In this document: positions 27,404 through 36,674 of the stretch, piece by piece
How positions within the stretch are numbered: position 1 is the first letter of the stretch
Layout of the letters: every line of letters starts with the position of its first letter
Notes under the pieces: generated by a model
The model's input: only the letters and a program-made list of their open reading frames with translations
Database searches by the model: none
What the model was told of the DNA's origin: nothing
Source of the DNA: a virus
Direction: 5' to 3' (one strand)
DNA length: 64,000 nucleotides
Virus record (IMG/VR): IMGVR_UViG_3300005805_000049
Span: 32,001 to 96,000 of that record
Made by a program: the position numbers and the translations under genes

Positions 27404-27792
27404 TTGATACATTTATTAAAGTTACTGTCAAAGAAGATCAAGACTTTCTAAAAATTAAAGAAACATTAACACGAATTGGAATTGCTTCACGAAAAGAAAA
27501 GAAATTGTGGCAATCGTGCCACATTCTTCATAAAAGAGGTAATTACTACATTGTGCATTTTAAAGAACTGTTTGCATTAGATGGAAAGCAAACTGATTTT
27601 ACTGAAGATGATTTGGCAAGAAGAAATACCATTGCAAATCTTTTAGCTGAATGGAATCTATATACGATCGACAATCCAACAATATGTGAAACCCCTCGAG
27701 CTCCAATGTCACATATTAAAATTCTACCGTATAAAGAAAAAGCTGAATGGGAATTGTGTTCTAAGTACACCATCGGACGAAAAAAAGTTTAA
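27400..27792 (+). CDS. regA: Translational repressor RegA
   Basis: DFLKIKETLTRIGIA, QSCHILHKRG.YYIVHFKELF. Confidence 0.97.
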   Translation: MIDTFIKVTVKEDQDFLKIKETLTRIGIASRKEKKLWQSCHILHKRGNYYIVHFKELFALDGKQTDFTEDDLARRNTIANLLAEWNLYTIDNPTICETPRAPMSHIKILPYKEKAEWELCSKYTIGRKKV

Positions 27793-27809
27793 TTTTTCAA
27801 AAAAACCAG

Positions 27810-27838
27810 TTGACCCTGTTGGCACGTTCGTCTATAAC
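27810..27838 (+). promoter_or_regulatory. Early promoter TTGACC-17-TATAAC
   Basis: Near consensus with an A-rich upstream element. Confidence 0.75.
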
Positions 27839-27856
27839 TAGCTCATCAACAAACGG

Positions 27857-28069
27857 ATGGAGATGCAAATGGGTTGGGATCGCACTGGTCAAATTATCCG
27901 AGGCGTTTACCTGAACGAATTTTCCTACATGGGCAAGGTGGTCGATTCCCGTGTAAAATATGGGGGAGATGTTCAGCATACAGTAGAACTGTTTTCTCCG
28001 ATTGTAGTGCATGGTCAGAGCCGCAATCGGCTCCTGGTTAATGAGAACCAGCCTTTCGCAATTCTATGA
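27857..28069 (+). CDS. Hypothetical early protein
   Basis: GGAG RBS after the promoter; true start may be 27863 or 27869. Confidence 0.65.
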   Translation: MEMQMGWDRTGQIIRGVYLNEFSYMGKVVDSRVKYGGDVQHTVELFSPIVVHGQSRNRLLVNENQPFAIL

Positions 28070-28078
28070 GCAGCTGCT

Positions 28079-28222
28079 ATGAAGAAACAACAACTACCTG
28101 TCGCTCGCCGATCTTTGGCTATCGTGTTTACAAAGCATGATAGCCCTTTCAAACCAAAGAAAATTTCCTCAAAGAAGAAATATTCCAGAAAAATCAAGCA
28201 CGTAAAAAAGACAGATTTTTAA
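28079..28222 (+). CDS. 47-aa basic peptide resembling ribosome rescue factor ArfA
   Basis: KHDSPFKPKKISSKKKYSRKIKH versus E. coli ArfA [26 protein letters not shown] (recalled sequence). Confidence 0.55.
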   Translation: MKKQQLPVARRSLAIVFTKHDSPFKPKKISSKKKYSRKIKHVKKTDF

Positions 28223-28231
28223 TTTTAACAG

Positions 28232-28260
28232 TTGACTTCTGTTCTTGCTGGTGGTATAAC
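28232..28260 (+). promoter_or_regulatory. Early promoter TTGACT-17-TATAAC
   Basis: Near consensus. Confidence 0.75.
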
Positions 28261-28291
28261 TACCATATTGATCAACTGAAGGAGACGCCTG

Positions 28292-28912
28292 ATGACGATG
28301 ATCGCCCCTGACTTCCTGATCTCACGGATGTCCGTTTCGATCTCTAGCATTGTTTCTGCTTTGATCGACAGCGCTCCGCGCAGCGTCAACGAAGTTGCTT
28401 CCAGTATCGGAGCGGTCGTTGACCGTCAAGGCAGACTGCATGCTCCGCATGATGGTTTTGTGTTTGAGGGAATTGTGTATCGTGGTGGAGAGTACTTGCC
28501 GGTCGAGCATGCGAATCTGACCAATCAGCGGGAAAGCCTGCGACTAAAGATGACTGTTGAGCAGGCTGATAAGACGATTGCGATGCTGGAACAGGCAAAG
28601 CTCGACTGCTCTGCTAGCAAGGGCAAGGAGTTCGACGGTAAAGTGTATTTGTACATCAATCAAATTACTGCGAAGCAGAAGTCTGAGGTGCTTGGATTGA
28701 TGCCTCAGGACAACATTAAGATCCTGCTGTCCGTTGAACAGGCAAAGCAGCATCGTGTAACCGGTCTGCTCGGAAAAACTTTTAAATATTCTCACAAGAA
28801 AAAGCTCGCTAATATGCAGTATACTGGTAACTATCATAACTGGGTAATCGGCGAGTGTGAACAAAACCATGGTAAGATCTGTGGTTATCTGTACCAGCGG
28901 ATCGTCGACTAA
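28292..28912 (+). CDS. Hypothetical early protein
   Basis: AAGGAG RBS; GRLHAP.DG...Y.GGEYLP motif. Confidence 0.7.
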   Translation: MTMIAPDFLISRMSVSISSIVSALIDSAPRSVNEVASSIGAVVDRQGRLHAPHDGFVFEGIVYRGGEYLPVEHANLTNQRESLRLKMTVEQADKTIAMLEQAKLDCSASKGKEFDGKVYLYINQITAKQKSEVLGLMPQDNIKILLSVEQAKQHRVTGLLGKTFKYSHKKKLANMQYTGNYHNWVIGECEQNHGKICGYLYQRIVD

Positions 28913-28923
28913 GGAGATATATT

Positions 28924-29397
28924 ATGAGCAATGTAATTGAACTGCCGCGACCGATTATGCCTCCAGTACCAACTGTACTGCGAGGCTTTAACAAAGATAA
29001 ACGAGTAATCGACATGCTTTCGAAAGTTGCAGTCGCCGTTGAGCCTGTTGCAAACGCTCGACTGGCGGCTGCGTTAGTTTATAAGAACGAAATCATTTCG
29101 TTTGGAATAAATAAAAAAAAGACTCATCCTTTTCAAGCAAAGTATGGTAAGAATAAAGATTCGATATTTCTGCATGCTGAAAATGATTGCATTAAAAATG
29201 CTCTACGAATAATTACAGTAGATCAGCTTTCGAAATGTACTTTGTATATCTGCAGAGTAAAATTTAGCAACAACATTGATAAAAGATTTGTTTATGGAAT
29301 GGCAAAGCCGTGTCCCGGTTGCGCCAGAGCAATTGCTGCTTTTGATATTAAAAATGTGATTTATTCAACAGACGACAATTCAATAGAAAAGTTGTAA
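28924..29397 (+). CDS. Cytidine/dCMP deaminase-family protein
   Basis: LHAE and KPCPGC zinc motifs. Confidence 0.85.
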   Translation: MSNVIELPRPIMPPVPTVLRGFNKDKRVIDMLSKVAVAVEPVANARLAAALVYKNEIISFGINKKKTHPFQAKYGKNKDSIFLHAENDCIKNALRIITVDQLSKCTLYICRVKFSNNIDKRFVYGMAKPCPGCARAIAAFDIKNVIYSTDDNSIEKL

Positions 29398-29486
29398 CCA
29401 TTTTCAGCCATCACTAAAAGGAATAGCTGATATTTTTTTCAGTGTTTTGGTTGATTTTTATTGTGGTTTGATGATATATACCTACG

Positions 29487-29549
29487 TTGGTTGGCCGTGT
29501 GGCAACCAAATAGCATAACAACCTTGCTTTTTTAAGGAGGATAACAATG
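29487..29549 (+). promoter_or_regulatory. ROSE-like RNA thermometer in the hsp20 5' UTR
   Basis: CCTTGCTT (29522-29529) pairs with AAGGAGG (29534-29540) with a bulged G; upstream hairpin 29487-29509. Confidence 0.7.
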
Positions 29550-29972
29550 AACTACTTTCCAGATAACTACCGCGCTTTTTCTGTTGGTTTTGATGAAGCT
29601 GTCAAGCAACTTGAGGCTTTTACTAAAAATACAGCAAAATTGGCGGCAGGTTACCCACCATATAACATCGTCAAGATTGATGAGAACAAATACGTGATCG
29701 AGATTGCTGTTGCTGGATTTGCAAAGCAAGATCTCGAAGTGGAAATCAAAGAAGATTCTTTGATCGTTTCTGGTAAACTATCTCACGGTTCTGACGAACC
29801 CACACAATATCTTTATAAAGGAATTGCCGACAGAGCTTTTTCTCGAAAGTTTAATCTTGCAGACACAATCGAAGTGAAGAATACCAAACTAATTAATGGA
29901 ATGCTAAAGGTGTTTCTCGAGAACGTAATTCCAGAACATAAGAAACCAAAAAAGTTAGAAATTGAGGAGTAA
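29547..29972 (+). CDS. Small heat shock protein (Hsp20/IbpA-like)
   Basis: YPPYNI, IEIAVAGF, YLYKGIA.RAF.R.F.L, NGML. Confidence 0.96.
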   Translation: MNYFPDNYRAFSVGFDEAVKQLEAFTKNTAKLAAGYPPYNIVKIDENKYVIEIAVAGFAKQDLEVEIKEDSLIVSGKLSHGSDEPTQYLYKGIADRAFSRKFNLADTIEVKNTKLINGMLKVFLENVIPEHKKPKKLEIEE

Positions 29973-29975
29973 CAA

Positions 29976-30137
29976 ATGGCAACAACGGTTGCAAGTGCAA
30001 CGTCTGGGATTGCAGACGTCGCAAAATCTATGCTTGGCACTATCAAAAAAGCAATTGTCAAGGGATTTGTTAAAATCCAAGAAGGCCAGATTCGTCGAGC
30101 AAGACGAATGATCGAAAACAAGACCTATCCGTTCTAA
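29976..30137 (+). CDS. 53-aa hypothetical protein co-transcribed with hsp20
   Basis: GAGGAG RBS; ends just before the terminator. Confidence 0.6.
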   Translation: MATTVASATSGIADVAKSMLGTIKKAIVKGFVKIQEGQIRRARRMIENKTYPF

Positions 30138-30142
30138 TAAAT

Positions 30143-30170
30143 AAACGGGGGGAGAAATCCCCCCGTTTTT
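30143..30170 (+). terminator. Intrinsic terminator
   Basis: AAACGGGGGGA-gaaa-TCCCCCCGTTT TT. Confidence 0.9.
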
Positions 30171-30172
30171 CG

Positions 30173-30201
30173 TTGACAATTCTCTTTCCTGCAATTACAA
30201 T
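30173..30201 (+). promoter_or_regulatory. Promoter TTGACA-17-TACAAT for the DNA polymerase
   Basis: Near-perfect sigma70 consensus. Confidence 0.8.
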
Positions 30202-30235
30202 CTCTAACATTGAAGCAACTGATGAGGCGATCTCT

Positions 30236-32731
30236 ATGCATTTTTATACCAGCGCCACACAGCGAGGGAACAACATTCTTGTCTGTGGATACAATGATGG
30301 AAAGCGATATAAACAAAAGGTTCGTTACAAGCCATATCTATTCGTTCCAACAAACCAGTACAGTAAATACAAAACGATTGGCGGCAAGTCTGTCGGACGG
30401 ATGGACTTTGATTCAATTGCTGACGCTCGTAACTTCGTTGAGCAATACAAAGAAGTTGATAACTTTGAAGTGTATGGGTCGACCAACTATCAATATGTCT
30501 ATCTACACGACACTTTTAAACAAACTAAGTATGACTCTCGTCTGATTAAGACTGTAGTGTTGGACATCGAAGTTTCTACTGAGGATGGGTATCCAGACAT
30601 CCAGACTGCTCAATCTGCAATTACTGCAATCACCATGATGTATGACGATATTACTTTTGTGCTTGGCTATGGAGAATTTAACACTTCTGATACGACGATC
30701 AAGTACATCAAATGTGCTGATGAGCAAGAGTTATTGAATCGATTTATTAAGCTATTTTCCCATGATGTGTATCGACCTGACGTGATTACAGGATGGAACG
30801 TTGAAATGTTTGATATTCCATACTGCGTCAATCGGATCACTAATGTGTTAGGAGAAGCTTATGCAAAAAAGCTTTCTCCTTTTGAAGTATTGGACCAACG
30901 AACGATTGAGTATATGGGGCACGAGAATGTTGCTTTCACTCCTGTTGGTGTGAACATTCTTGATTATTTGCATCTGTACAAAAAGTTTACTTATTCGCAA
31001 CAAGAGTCTTATAAGCTAGACCATATTGCGTTCGTTGAACTTGGAGAACGTAAACTGGACTACTCTGAGTATGGATCATTGCATAACTTATACGTCAATG
31101 ACCATCAGAAGTTTATTGAGTATAACATTCGAGATTGTGGTCTAGTTCGCCGTCTGGATAATAAGATGAAGCTGTTGGATTTGGTCTACACGATTGCTTA
31201 CGATTCAACTACCAACTATATCGATTCATTGGCAACGGTTCGATCATGGGATGTTGTAATTCACAACTACCTCATTGACCAGAACATCGTTGTTCCAAAC
31301 CCAAAGAAGTCAGAAGTTAATAGACAACCTGTTGGAGCCCACGTTAAGAATCCTCAGACCGGGGCATTTGATTGGGTGGTGTCGTTCGATTTGACAAGTT
31401 TGTATCCTCACTTAATCATGTCATACAACATTTCGCCAGATACTATTCGGGGTAAAGTTCCAAATCAATTGTCAATCGATCAATTATTGGACGGCAAATC
31501 TGATATCTATCATAAGTATCTTGATGTTAATAACTATTCAATGGCTGCAAGTGGATGTGTATTTACCAAAGATAAACAAGGTTTCTTACCAGCATTGATG
31601 AAACAATTGTTTGACAAACGTAAACAATTTAAAGATGAGATGCTCAAGCTGAAGAAGCAGTATGAGAAAAACAAGACTACAGAGCTTGAGTACCTGATTG
31701 CAAAATACGACAATCTTCAGATGGCAATGAAGATTCGATTGAACTCTGCGTACGGAGCGCTTGCGAATCCGTACTTCAGGTGGTTTGATCTTCGCTATGC
31801 GGAATCGATTACAATGTCTGGGCAGCTAACGATTCGATGGGCTGAAAAGCATATTAATCAGTGGATGAACGATAAGCTCGGGACTACCGATGTTGACTAT
31901 GTAATTGCATCTGATACTGATTCGTTGTATATCAACATGGGTGATTTGGTTAAACAGCTACATCCAAACAAAGATAAATTGTCGACCGTTCAGTTTATCG
32001 ATCAACTATGTGAACAACAAATTCAGCCATTCCTCAACCAGATTTACCAACAACTGTCAGACTCGATGAGATGTTATTGGCAAGGAATGCATATGAAGCG
32101 AGAAGGGATCTCTGACCGTGGAATATTTGTTGCAAAGAAACGATACATTCTCAATGTGTACAATAACGAGGGCGTTCAGTTCGAAACGCCGAAGCTGAAA
32201 GTGATGGGCATTGAGGCAGTTCGTTCGTCTACACCAGCATGTTGCCGGCAATCGCTGAAAGATGCGTTGAAAGTTATTCTACAAGGAACTGAGCAGCAAA
32301 CGGTCGACTTCATTGAGCAGTTCAGACAACAGTTCAACAAGCTACCTTTCGAAGAAGTTGCGTTTCCTAGAGGAGTAAATGGGCTTGACAAATACCACGA
32401 TTCAGGTACAATATACAAGAAAGCAACGCCGATCCATGTGCGTGGAGCGTTGTTGTTCAATCACAAATTGAAGCAAATGCGTTTGAACACGAAGTATCAG
32501 CAGATCTTCGACAAAGAGAAGATCAAGTTCTGCTACTTGAAGATGCCAAACCCTTTGCGAGAGAATGTGATATCTTCGCCGGGCAAACTTCCAACTGAAT
32601 TCGGTCTCGACAAGTACATTGATTATGAGGCACAGTTTAACAAAGCATTCATTGAACCGATCAAGACGATTCTTGATGCTATTGGTTGGAAAGTAGAACA
32701 GACTAACACCGTTTCGTTATTCTTCAGATAA
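30236..32731 (+). CDS. gp43: Family B DNA polymerase
   Basis: DIE exonuclease motif, GWNVE.FD, SFDLTSLYP, K..LNSAYG, SDTDS, KKRY; ATG 30236 follows GAGG. Confidence 0.98.
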   Translation: MHFYTSATQRGNNILVCGYNDGKRYKQKVRYKPYLFVPTNQYSKYKTIGGKSVGRMDFDSIADARNFVEQYKEVDNFEVYGSTNYQYVYLHDTFKQTKYDSRLIKTVVLDIEVSTEDGYPDIQTAQSAITAITMMYDDITFVLGYGEFNTSDTTIKYIKCADEQELLNRFIKLFSHDVYRPDVITGWNVEMFDIPYCVNRITNVLGEAYAKKLSPFEVLDQRTIEYMGHENVAFTPVGVNILDYLHLYKKFTYSQQESYKLDHIAFVELGERKLDYSEYGSLHNLYVNDHQKFIEYNIRDCGLVRRLDNKMKLLDLVYTIAYDSTTNYIDSLATVRSWDVVIHNYLIDQNIVVPNPKKSEVNRQPVGAHVKNPQTGAFDWVVSFDLTSLYPHLIMSYNISPDTIRGKVPNQLSIDQLLDGKSDIYHKYLDVNNYSMAASGCVFTKDKQGFLPALMKQLFDKRKQFKDEMLKLKKQYEKNKTTELEYLIAKYDNLQMAMKIRLNSAYGALANPYFRWFDLRYAESITMSGQLTIRWAEKHINQWMNDKLGTTDVDYVIASDTDSLYINMGDLVKQLHPNKDKLSTVQFIDQLCEQQIQPFLNQIYQQLSDSMRCYWQGMHMKREGISDRGIFVAKKRYILNVYNNEGVQFETPKLKVMGIEAVRSSTPACCRQSLKDALKVILQGTEQQTVDFIEQFRQQFNKLPFEEVAFPRGVNGLDKYHDSGTIYKKATPIHVRGALLFNHKLKQMRLNTKYQQIFDKEKIKFCYLKMPNPLRENVISSPGKLPTEFGLDKYIDYEAQFNKAFIEPIKTILDAIGWKVEQTNTVSLFFR

Positions 32732-32738
32732 AGGACAA

Positions 32739-33800
32739 ATGTTAATGAGCTTAAAAGACAAACTACTGAAAAACTCAACAATCAAAGAGACTGCTGTGTT
32801 ATCGCAGTCTAAATTGTTTACTAAAAAGGACATGATTCCTACATCAATTCCAATGATCAACGTTGCGTTTTCTGGATCGATTGATGGGGGATTCACGCCT
32901 GGGTTAACCACCTTAGCGGGTCCTTCAAAGCACTTTAAGACGGGATTCACTCTTCTTTTGGTTAAGTCGTTTTTGACCAAGTATCCTGACGGCATTGTAC
33001 TGTTCTATGATTCAGAATTTGGTACTCCTCAGCAGTACTTCCAGTCATTCAATATCAATGTCGACAATGTCATTCACACTCCAATCGTTGACGTTGAGCA
33101 ATTGAAATTCGATGTAATGAAGCAGCTGCAAGAACTAGACCGAGAAGACAATGTAATGATTGTCATTGACTCAATCGGCAATCTTGCATCGAAGAAAGAA
33201 GTTGAGGACACTCTGAACGAGAAGTCTGTTGCAGATATGTCTCGAGCGAAGCAATTGAAGTCGTTGTTTCGGATGGTTACCCCTCATCTAACATTAAAAA
33301 ACATTCCGATGGTTGTCGTTAACCACACGTACAAAGAGCTATCGATGTTTCCAAAAGATATCGTTTCTGGGGGCACAGGAAGTTATTATTCTTCAGATAC
33401 TATTTGGATTCTCGGAAGACAGCAGGATAAAGACGGTAAGGAAATTCAAGGGTACCACTTTATTATCAACGTTGAAAAATCTCGCTACGTCAAAGAAAAG
33501 TCCAAGATTCCAATCTCAATTTCATGGCAAGGAGGAATCAACAAATGGTCTGGTCTACTAGAACTTGCTCTGGAGCACAAGTCTGTTGTAAAGACTAAGC
33601 CAGGCTGGTACGCTGCATGTGATAAGGATGGAGTAGTTGTTTCTGATAGTTATCGAGAAATTGACGTGATTAACAATAAGCAATTTTGGATCGACCGATT
33701 AAAGAACACCGATCTCGCTGAGTTTATCAAGCAAAAATATCAAGCATCGCATCAAGGAGGAATGTTAGACGATAACGAAGAGGGCACAGATGAAGTATAA
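32739..33800 (+). CDS. uvsX: RecA-like recombinase
   Basis: GPSKHFKT, YDSEFG, DSIGNLAS, SGGTG. Confidence 0.96.
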   Translation: MLMSLKDKLLKNSTIKETAVLSQSKLFTKKDMIPTSIPMINVAFSGSIDGGFTPGLTTLAGPSKHFKTGFTLLLVKSFLTKYPDGIVLFYDSEFGTPQQYFQSFNINVDNVIHTPIVDVEQLKFDVMKQLQELDREDNVMIVIDSIGNLASKKEVEDTLNEKSVADMSRAKQLKSLFRMVTPHLTLKNIPMVVVNHTYKELSMFPKDIVSGGTGSYYSSDTIWILGRQQDKDGKEIQGYHFIINVEKSRYVKEKSKIPISISWQGGINKWSGLLELALEHKSVVKTKPGWYAACDKDGVVVSDSYREIDVINNKQFWIDRLKNTDLAEFIKQKYQASHQGGMLDDNEEGTDEV

Positions 33801-34026
33801 TATTGTGATTAAAGAGAATGATGACATTGAACTCCAAGAAACTACTTGTCGCAAACCGCTTGGTTGTCAGTGTATCATTGATAGTTCTGATCCATGTGGC
33901 TATGATAGATATATGATTCAGCAAAAGGTAATTGAGTATTATAAGCATAGAGCTAAGTCGATTGCTGATATGACCAACGAACAATTCCTACAGTGCTATG
34001 GATTTTATTATGATAAGGGAGAATAA
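33790..34026 (+). CDS. Hypothetical protein
   Basis: Translationally coupled between uvsX and gp41. Confidence 0.6.
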   Translation: MKYNIVIKENDDIELQETTCRKPLGCQCIIDSSDPCGYDRYMIQQKVIEYYKHRAKSIADMTNEQFLQCYGFYYDKGE

Positions 34027-35414
34027 TGGAACACACGATACTTGCTAACCTAATTGACAATGAACCTTATGGCAGGAAGGTGATTGCATTTCTAAAGGAT
34101 GAGTATTTTCACGATCAGGCAGACAGGCAACTGTTTTGCCTGATCGACAGCCACCTAAAGAAGTACAACACGTTCCCAACAAAGGAAATTTTGTACATCG
34201 ACCTTCAAAACGTCGACAATTTATCTGAGCAGCAATACTCTCAGACGAAGAACCTGATTGCAGGGTTATCCACTGATAAAACCACTGATGTAAATTGGTT
34301 GATCGACAAGACCGAACAATTTTGTCAGGATAAAGCAGTATATAATGCTATCAGACAATCTATCAAGATTATCGATGATGACAGCCAGTTAACGAAGGCA
34401 GCAATTCCAAAGATTCTTCAGGATGCATTGCAAGTCAGTTTTGATAGTAATATCGGCCATAGTTTCCTTGATGATGCAGATGATCGATATGATAGTTACC
34501 ACACCAAAGAGAAACGAATCGACTTTAACATCGAGTATCTGAACAAAATTACCCAAGGAGGGTTGCCTCAAAAGACTTTAAACTGCCTTCTGGCTGGTAC
34601 GGGTGTAGGAAAAAGTCTCGCGATGTGCCATATGGCATCTCATAACTTATTGTGCAATAGAAACGTTTTGTACATCACTCTTGAAATGGCTGAAGAACGA
34701 ATTGCACAGCGAATTGATGCTAACTTGCTAGATGTTACAATCTCCGAATTAATCGCTTTATCTAAAGTAGATTATCTAAAGAAAGTTGACAGACTAAAAC
34801 AAACAACACGAGGAAAACTGATCATCAAGGAGTATCCAACTGCATCTGCTGGGTCAGCTCACTTTCGACATTTGCTCAATGAACTACGAATAAAAAAGAA
34901 CTTCGTTCCTGATATCATCTACATCGATTACCTTAACCTTTGCGTCTCTGCTAGGATTAAAAATGGCGCTCAGGCAAATACATATACGTATATTAAATCG
35001 ATTGCAGAGGAATTAAGAGGGCTTGCTGTAGAATTCAATTTACCTATTGTTACCGCAACGCAGGCAAATAGATCTGCACTAAATTCTTCTGATATGGGAT
35101 TGGAAAACACATCAGATTCAATCGGTCTTCCAATGACAGTTGATTTCATGATTGCAATGATTTCAACTGAAGAATTGGATCAATTGGGCCAGATCATGTT
35201 TAAGCAATTGAAGAACAGGTACGGAGATCCTTCTCTATACAAACGTTTTGTTGTTGGAGTTGACAAGTCGAAAATGAGATTATATGATGTTGATGCTTCC
35301 CAACAAGAAGAAATTGATGAAGGGCCTGTGATGGACAGTGGACATTTCATGGAAGAAGAAACGGAACGAGGTAAAAAGGTATTCGATCGTTCAAAGTTTA
35401 GAGGATTTAATTGA
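34026..35414 (+). CDS. gp41: Replicative helicase (DnaB-like)
   Basis: AGTGVGKS, LEMAEE, IKEYPT, IDYL, ATQ.NR. Confidence 0.97.
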   Translation: MEHTILANLIDNEPYGRKVIAFLKDEYFHDQADRQLFCLIDSHLKKYNTFPTKEILYIDLQNVDNLSEQQYSQTKNLIAGLSTDKTTDVNWLIDKTEQFCQDKAVYNAIRQSIKIIDDDSQLTKAAIPKILQDALQVSFDSNIGHSFLDDADDRYDSYHTKEKRIDFNIEYLNKITQGGLPQKTLNCLLAGTGVGKSLAMCHMASHNLLCNRNVLYITLEMAEERIAQRIDANLLDVTISELIALSKVDYLKKVDRLKQTTRGKLIIKEYPTASAGSAHFRHLLNELRIKKNFVPDIIYIDYLNLCVSARIKNGAQANTYTYIKSIAEELRGLAVEFNLPIVTATQANRSALNSSDMGLENTSDSIGLPMTVDFMIAMISTEELDQLGQIMFKQLKNRYGDPSLYKRFVVGVDKSKMRLYDVDASQQEEIDEGPVMDSGHFMEEETERGKKVFDRSKFRGFN

Positions 35415-35629
35415 TGGTCAACGGAAAAATTACTACCATTAACAGAAGGTTAATTCATCTTCAACAGTTGCATCAAACTGTTGATTTTGTGCTAGAAAGT
35501 GAGTACTTTGACAGCGATGAAAGGATGGAGCTTGTTGATGGTCTGAAGAAAGAAATCACAACTGCATTGAATTCTATCGTTCACGATCTTAACACAGCGA
35601 GGAAATTGAATGAAGTATCAAGTGGTTAA
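35414..35629 (+). CDS. Hypothetical protein
   Basis: Start overlaps the gp41 stop. Confidence 0.6.
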   Translation: MVNGKITTINRRLIHLQQLHQTVDFVLESEYFDSDERMELVDGLKKEITTALNSIVHDLNTARKLNEVSSG

Positions 35630-35801
35630 GCACTCTAACCGATATAACGTGATTGAAGTTGCAACCGGTCATCTGATTCGTCAGTTTGACCGATCATACC
35701 AGGCATACCATCATGTCAATCACTTGAACTCAGTTTCAGTAGGTTTTGATGGATGGACGCCAGAATTCTTCCTCAAAAATCGAGGTATTATAAATAGCTA
35801 A
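35610..35801 (+). CDS. Conserved small T4-like protein
   Basis: LN...GFDGWTPEFFL motif commonly found after gp41. Confidence 0.65.
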   Translation: MKYQVVKHSNRYNVIEVATGHLIRQFDRSYQAYHHVNHLNSVSVGFDGWTPEFFLKNRGIINS

Positions 35802-35920
35802 GCTAAATCGTGTCTATAGCTCAAGCTATAAGAGGCAAGTGGATTATTAGACTAAATCCCAAGGAAGTGACGAGGTCAGAGGTGGGGTTCCTCTCGTCCG
35901 CGATTTTCTGCAAGCATTAG
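35798..35920 (+). ncRNA. Candidate late structured RNA (multi-branch junction, about 120 nt)
   Basis: TATAAATA 35789-35796; closing stem AAATCGTG/CGCGATTT with three internal hairpins; terminator follows. Confidence 0.65.
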
Positions 35921-35954
35921 AAACAGAGAGAGGTGGCAGCCTCTCTGTTTTTTT
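35921..35954. terminator. Intrinsic terminator between convergent units
   Basis: AAACAGAGAG-loop-CTCTCTGTTT plus T-tract. Confidence 0.85.
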
Positions 35955-36558
35955 AGTTGTACCATTTAGAGTATGGCTTAATTAACGGTGGCTTTCCATT
36001 ATCGCCAACACCAGAATCGATTGCAAAAAGCACGCCAGTCTGGCGATCTTTAATTACTGCAGCATAATGAGTCCACTTGAACAATCCGCCTTTCCAGTTT
36101 GGTGCCATGATATCATGAAACTTTAATGCGCCAATTTTATTCAGAATAATTAGATAAGAAGTGGAATTGGTTGCTTCATCTACACAATCCATTTGTGAAG
36201 GATCACCAGCTCCAAACGCGCCAAGCGACGCTCTATCTTTATCCGTACCAGTTGCTGTGCCAACATTCTGCTCAATTACTGCAATTGCTTTGCGAAGAGC
36301 AGCTCTTTCTTGTTCGGCATCATTGACGCTAACGAACATCGCCTTTAACTGTTCAATGAATTTGAAATCAAACGTAAATTCGTGAATTGTTGAACAGCCA
36401 TGACCCGAACACACATACACCGTTCGACCAGTTGGATACTGAGCTTTATTGTACTTAGAAATATGGGATTTGATATTGTCGGTATCGACTTTAACTGCAG
36501 CGGTTGCAGGCGTGAATAAAAATGGAATGGCTAGTAACGCAAGTTTGGCAGATTTCAT
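35953..36558 (-). CDS. Secreted transglutaminase/papain-like cysteine protease
   Basis: Signal peptide MKSAKLALLAIPFLFTPATAA; MDCVDE, HYAAVI and AIDS give a putative Cys-His-Asp triad; GGAG RBS. Confidence 0.65.
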   Translation of the reverse strand: MKSAKLALLAIPFLFTPATAAVKVDTDNIKSHISKYNKAQYPTGRTVYVCSGHGCSTIHEFTFDFKFIEQLKAMFVSVNDAEQERAALRKAIAVIEQNVGTATGTDKDRASLGAFGAGDPSQMDCVDEATNSTSYLIILNKIGALKFHDIMAPNWKGGLFKWTHYAAVIKDRQTGVLFAIDSGVGDNGKPPLIKPYSKWYN

Positions 36559-36590
36559 ATAAGTCTCCATCGTGTTTGTTGTCTTGATGG

Positions 36591-36641
36591 TATTTATAAA
36601 GATAGAGTTTTCAACAACTGCGTATAGTTTTATTATAAATA
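36591..36641. promoter_or_regulatory. Divergent late promoters (TATAAATA on - at 36591-36598 and on + at 36634-36641)
   Basis: Both are exact consensus matches in a divergent intergenic region. Confidence 0.8.
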
Positions 36642-36674
36642 CATAGAAACTCAATTTCATTTCAGGAAAAAATA

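Noticed and set aside
30173-30235. N-terminal extension of the DNA polymerase from TTG 30173
   Set aside because: That TTG is the -35 box of the promoter; ATG 30236 has an RBS and a typical gp43 N-terminus
35855-35880. SRP RNA, suggested by AAGGAAG
   Set aside because: The conserved CAGG..GNRA..AGCAG domain IV arrangement is absent
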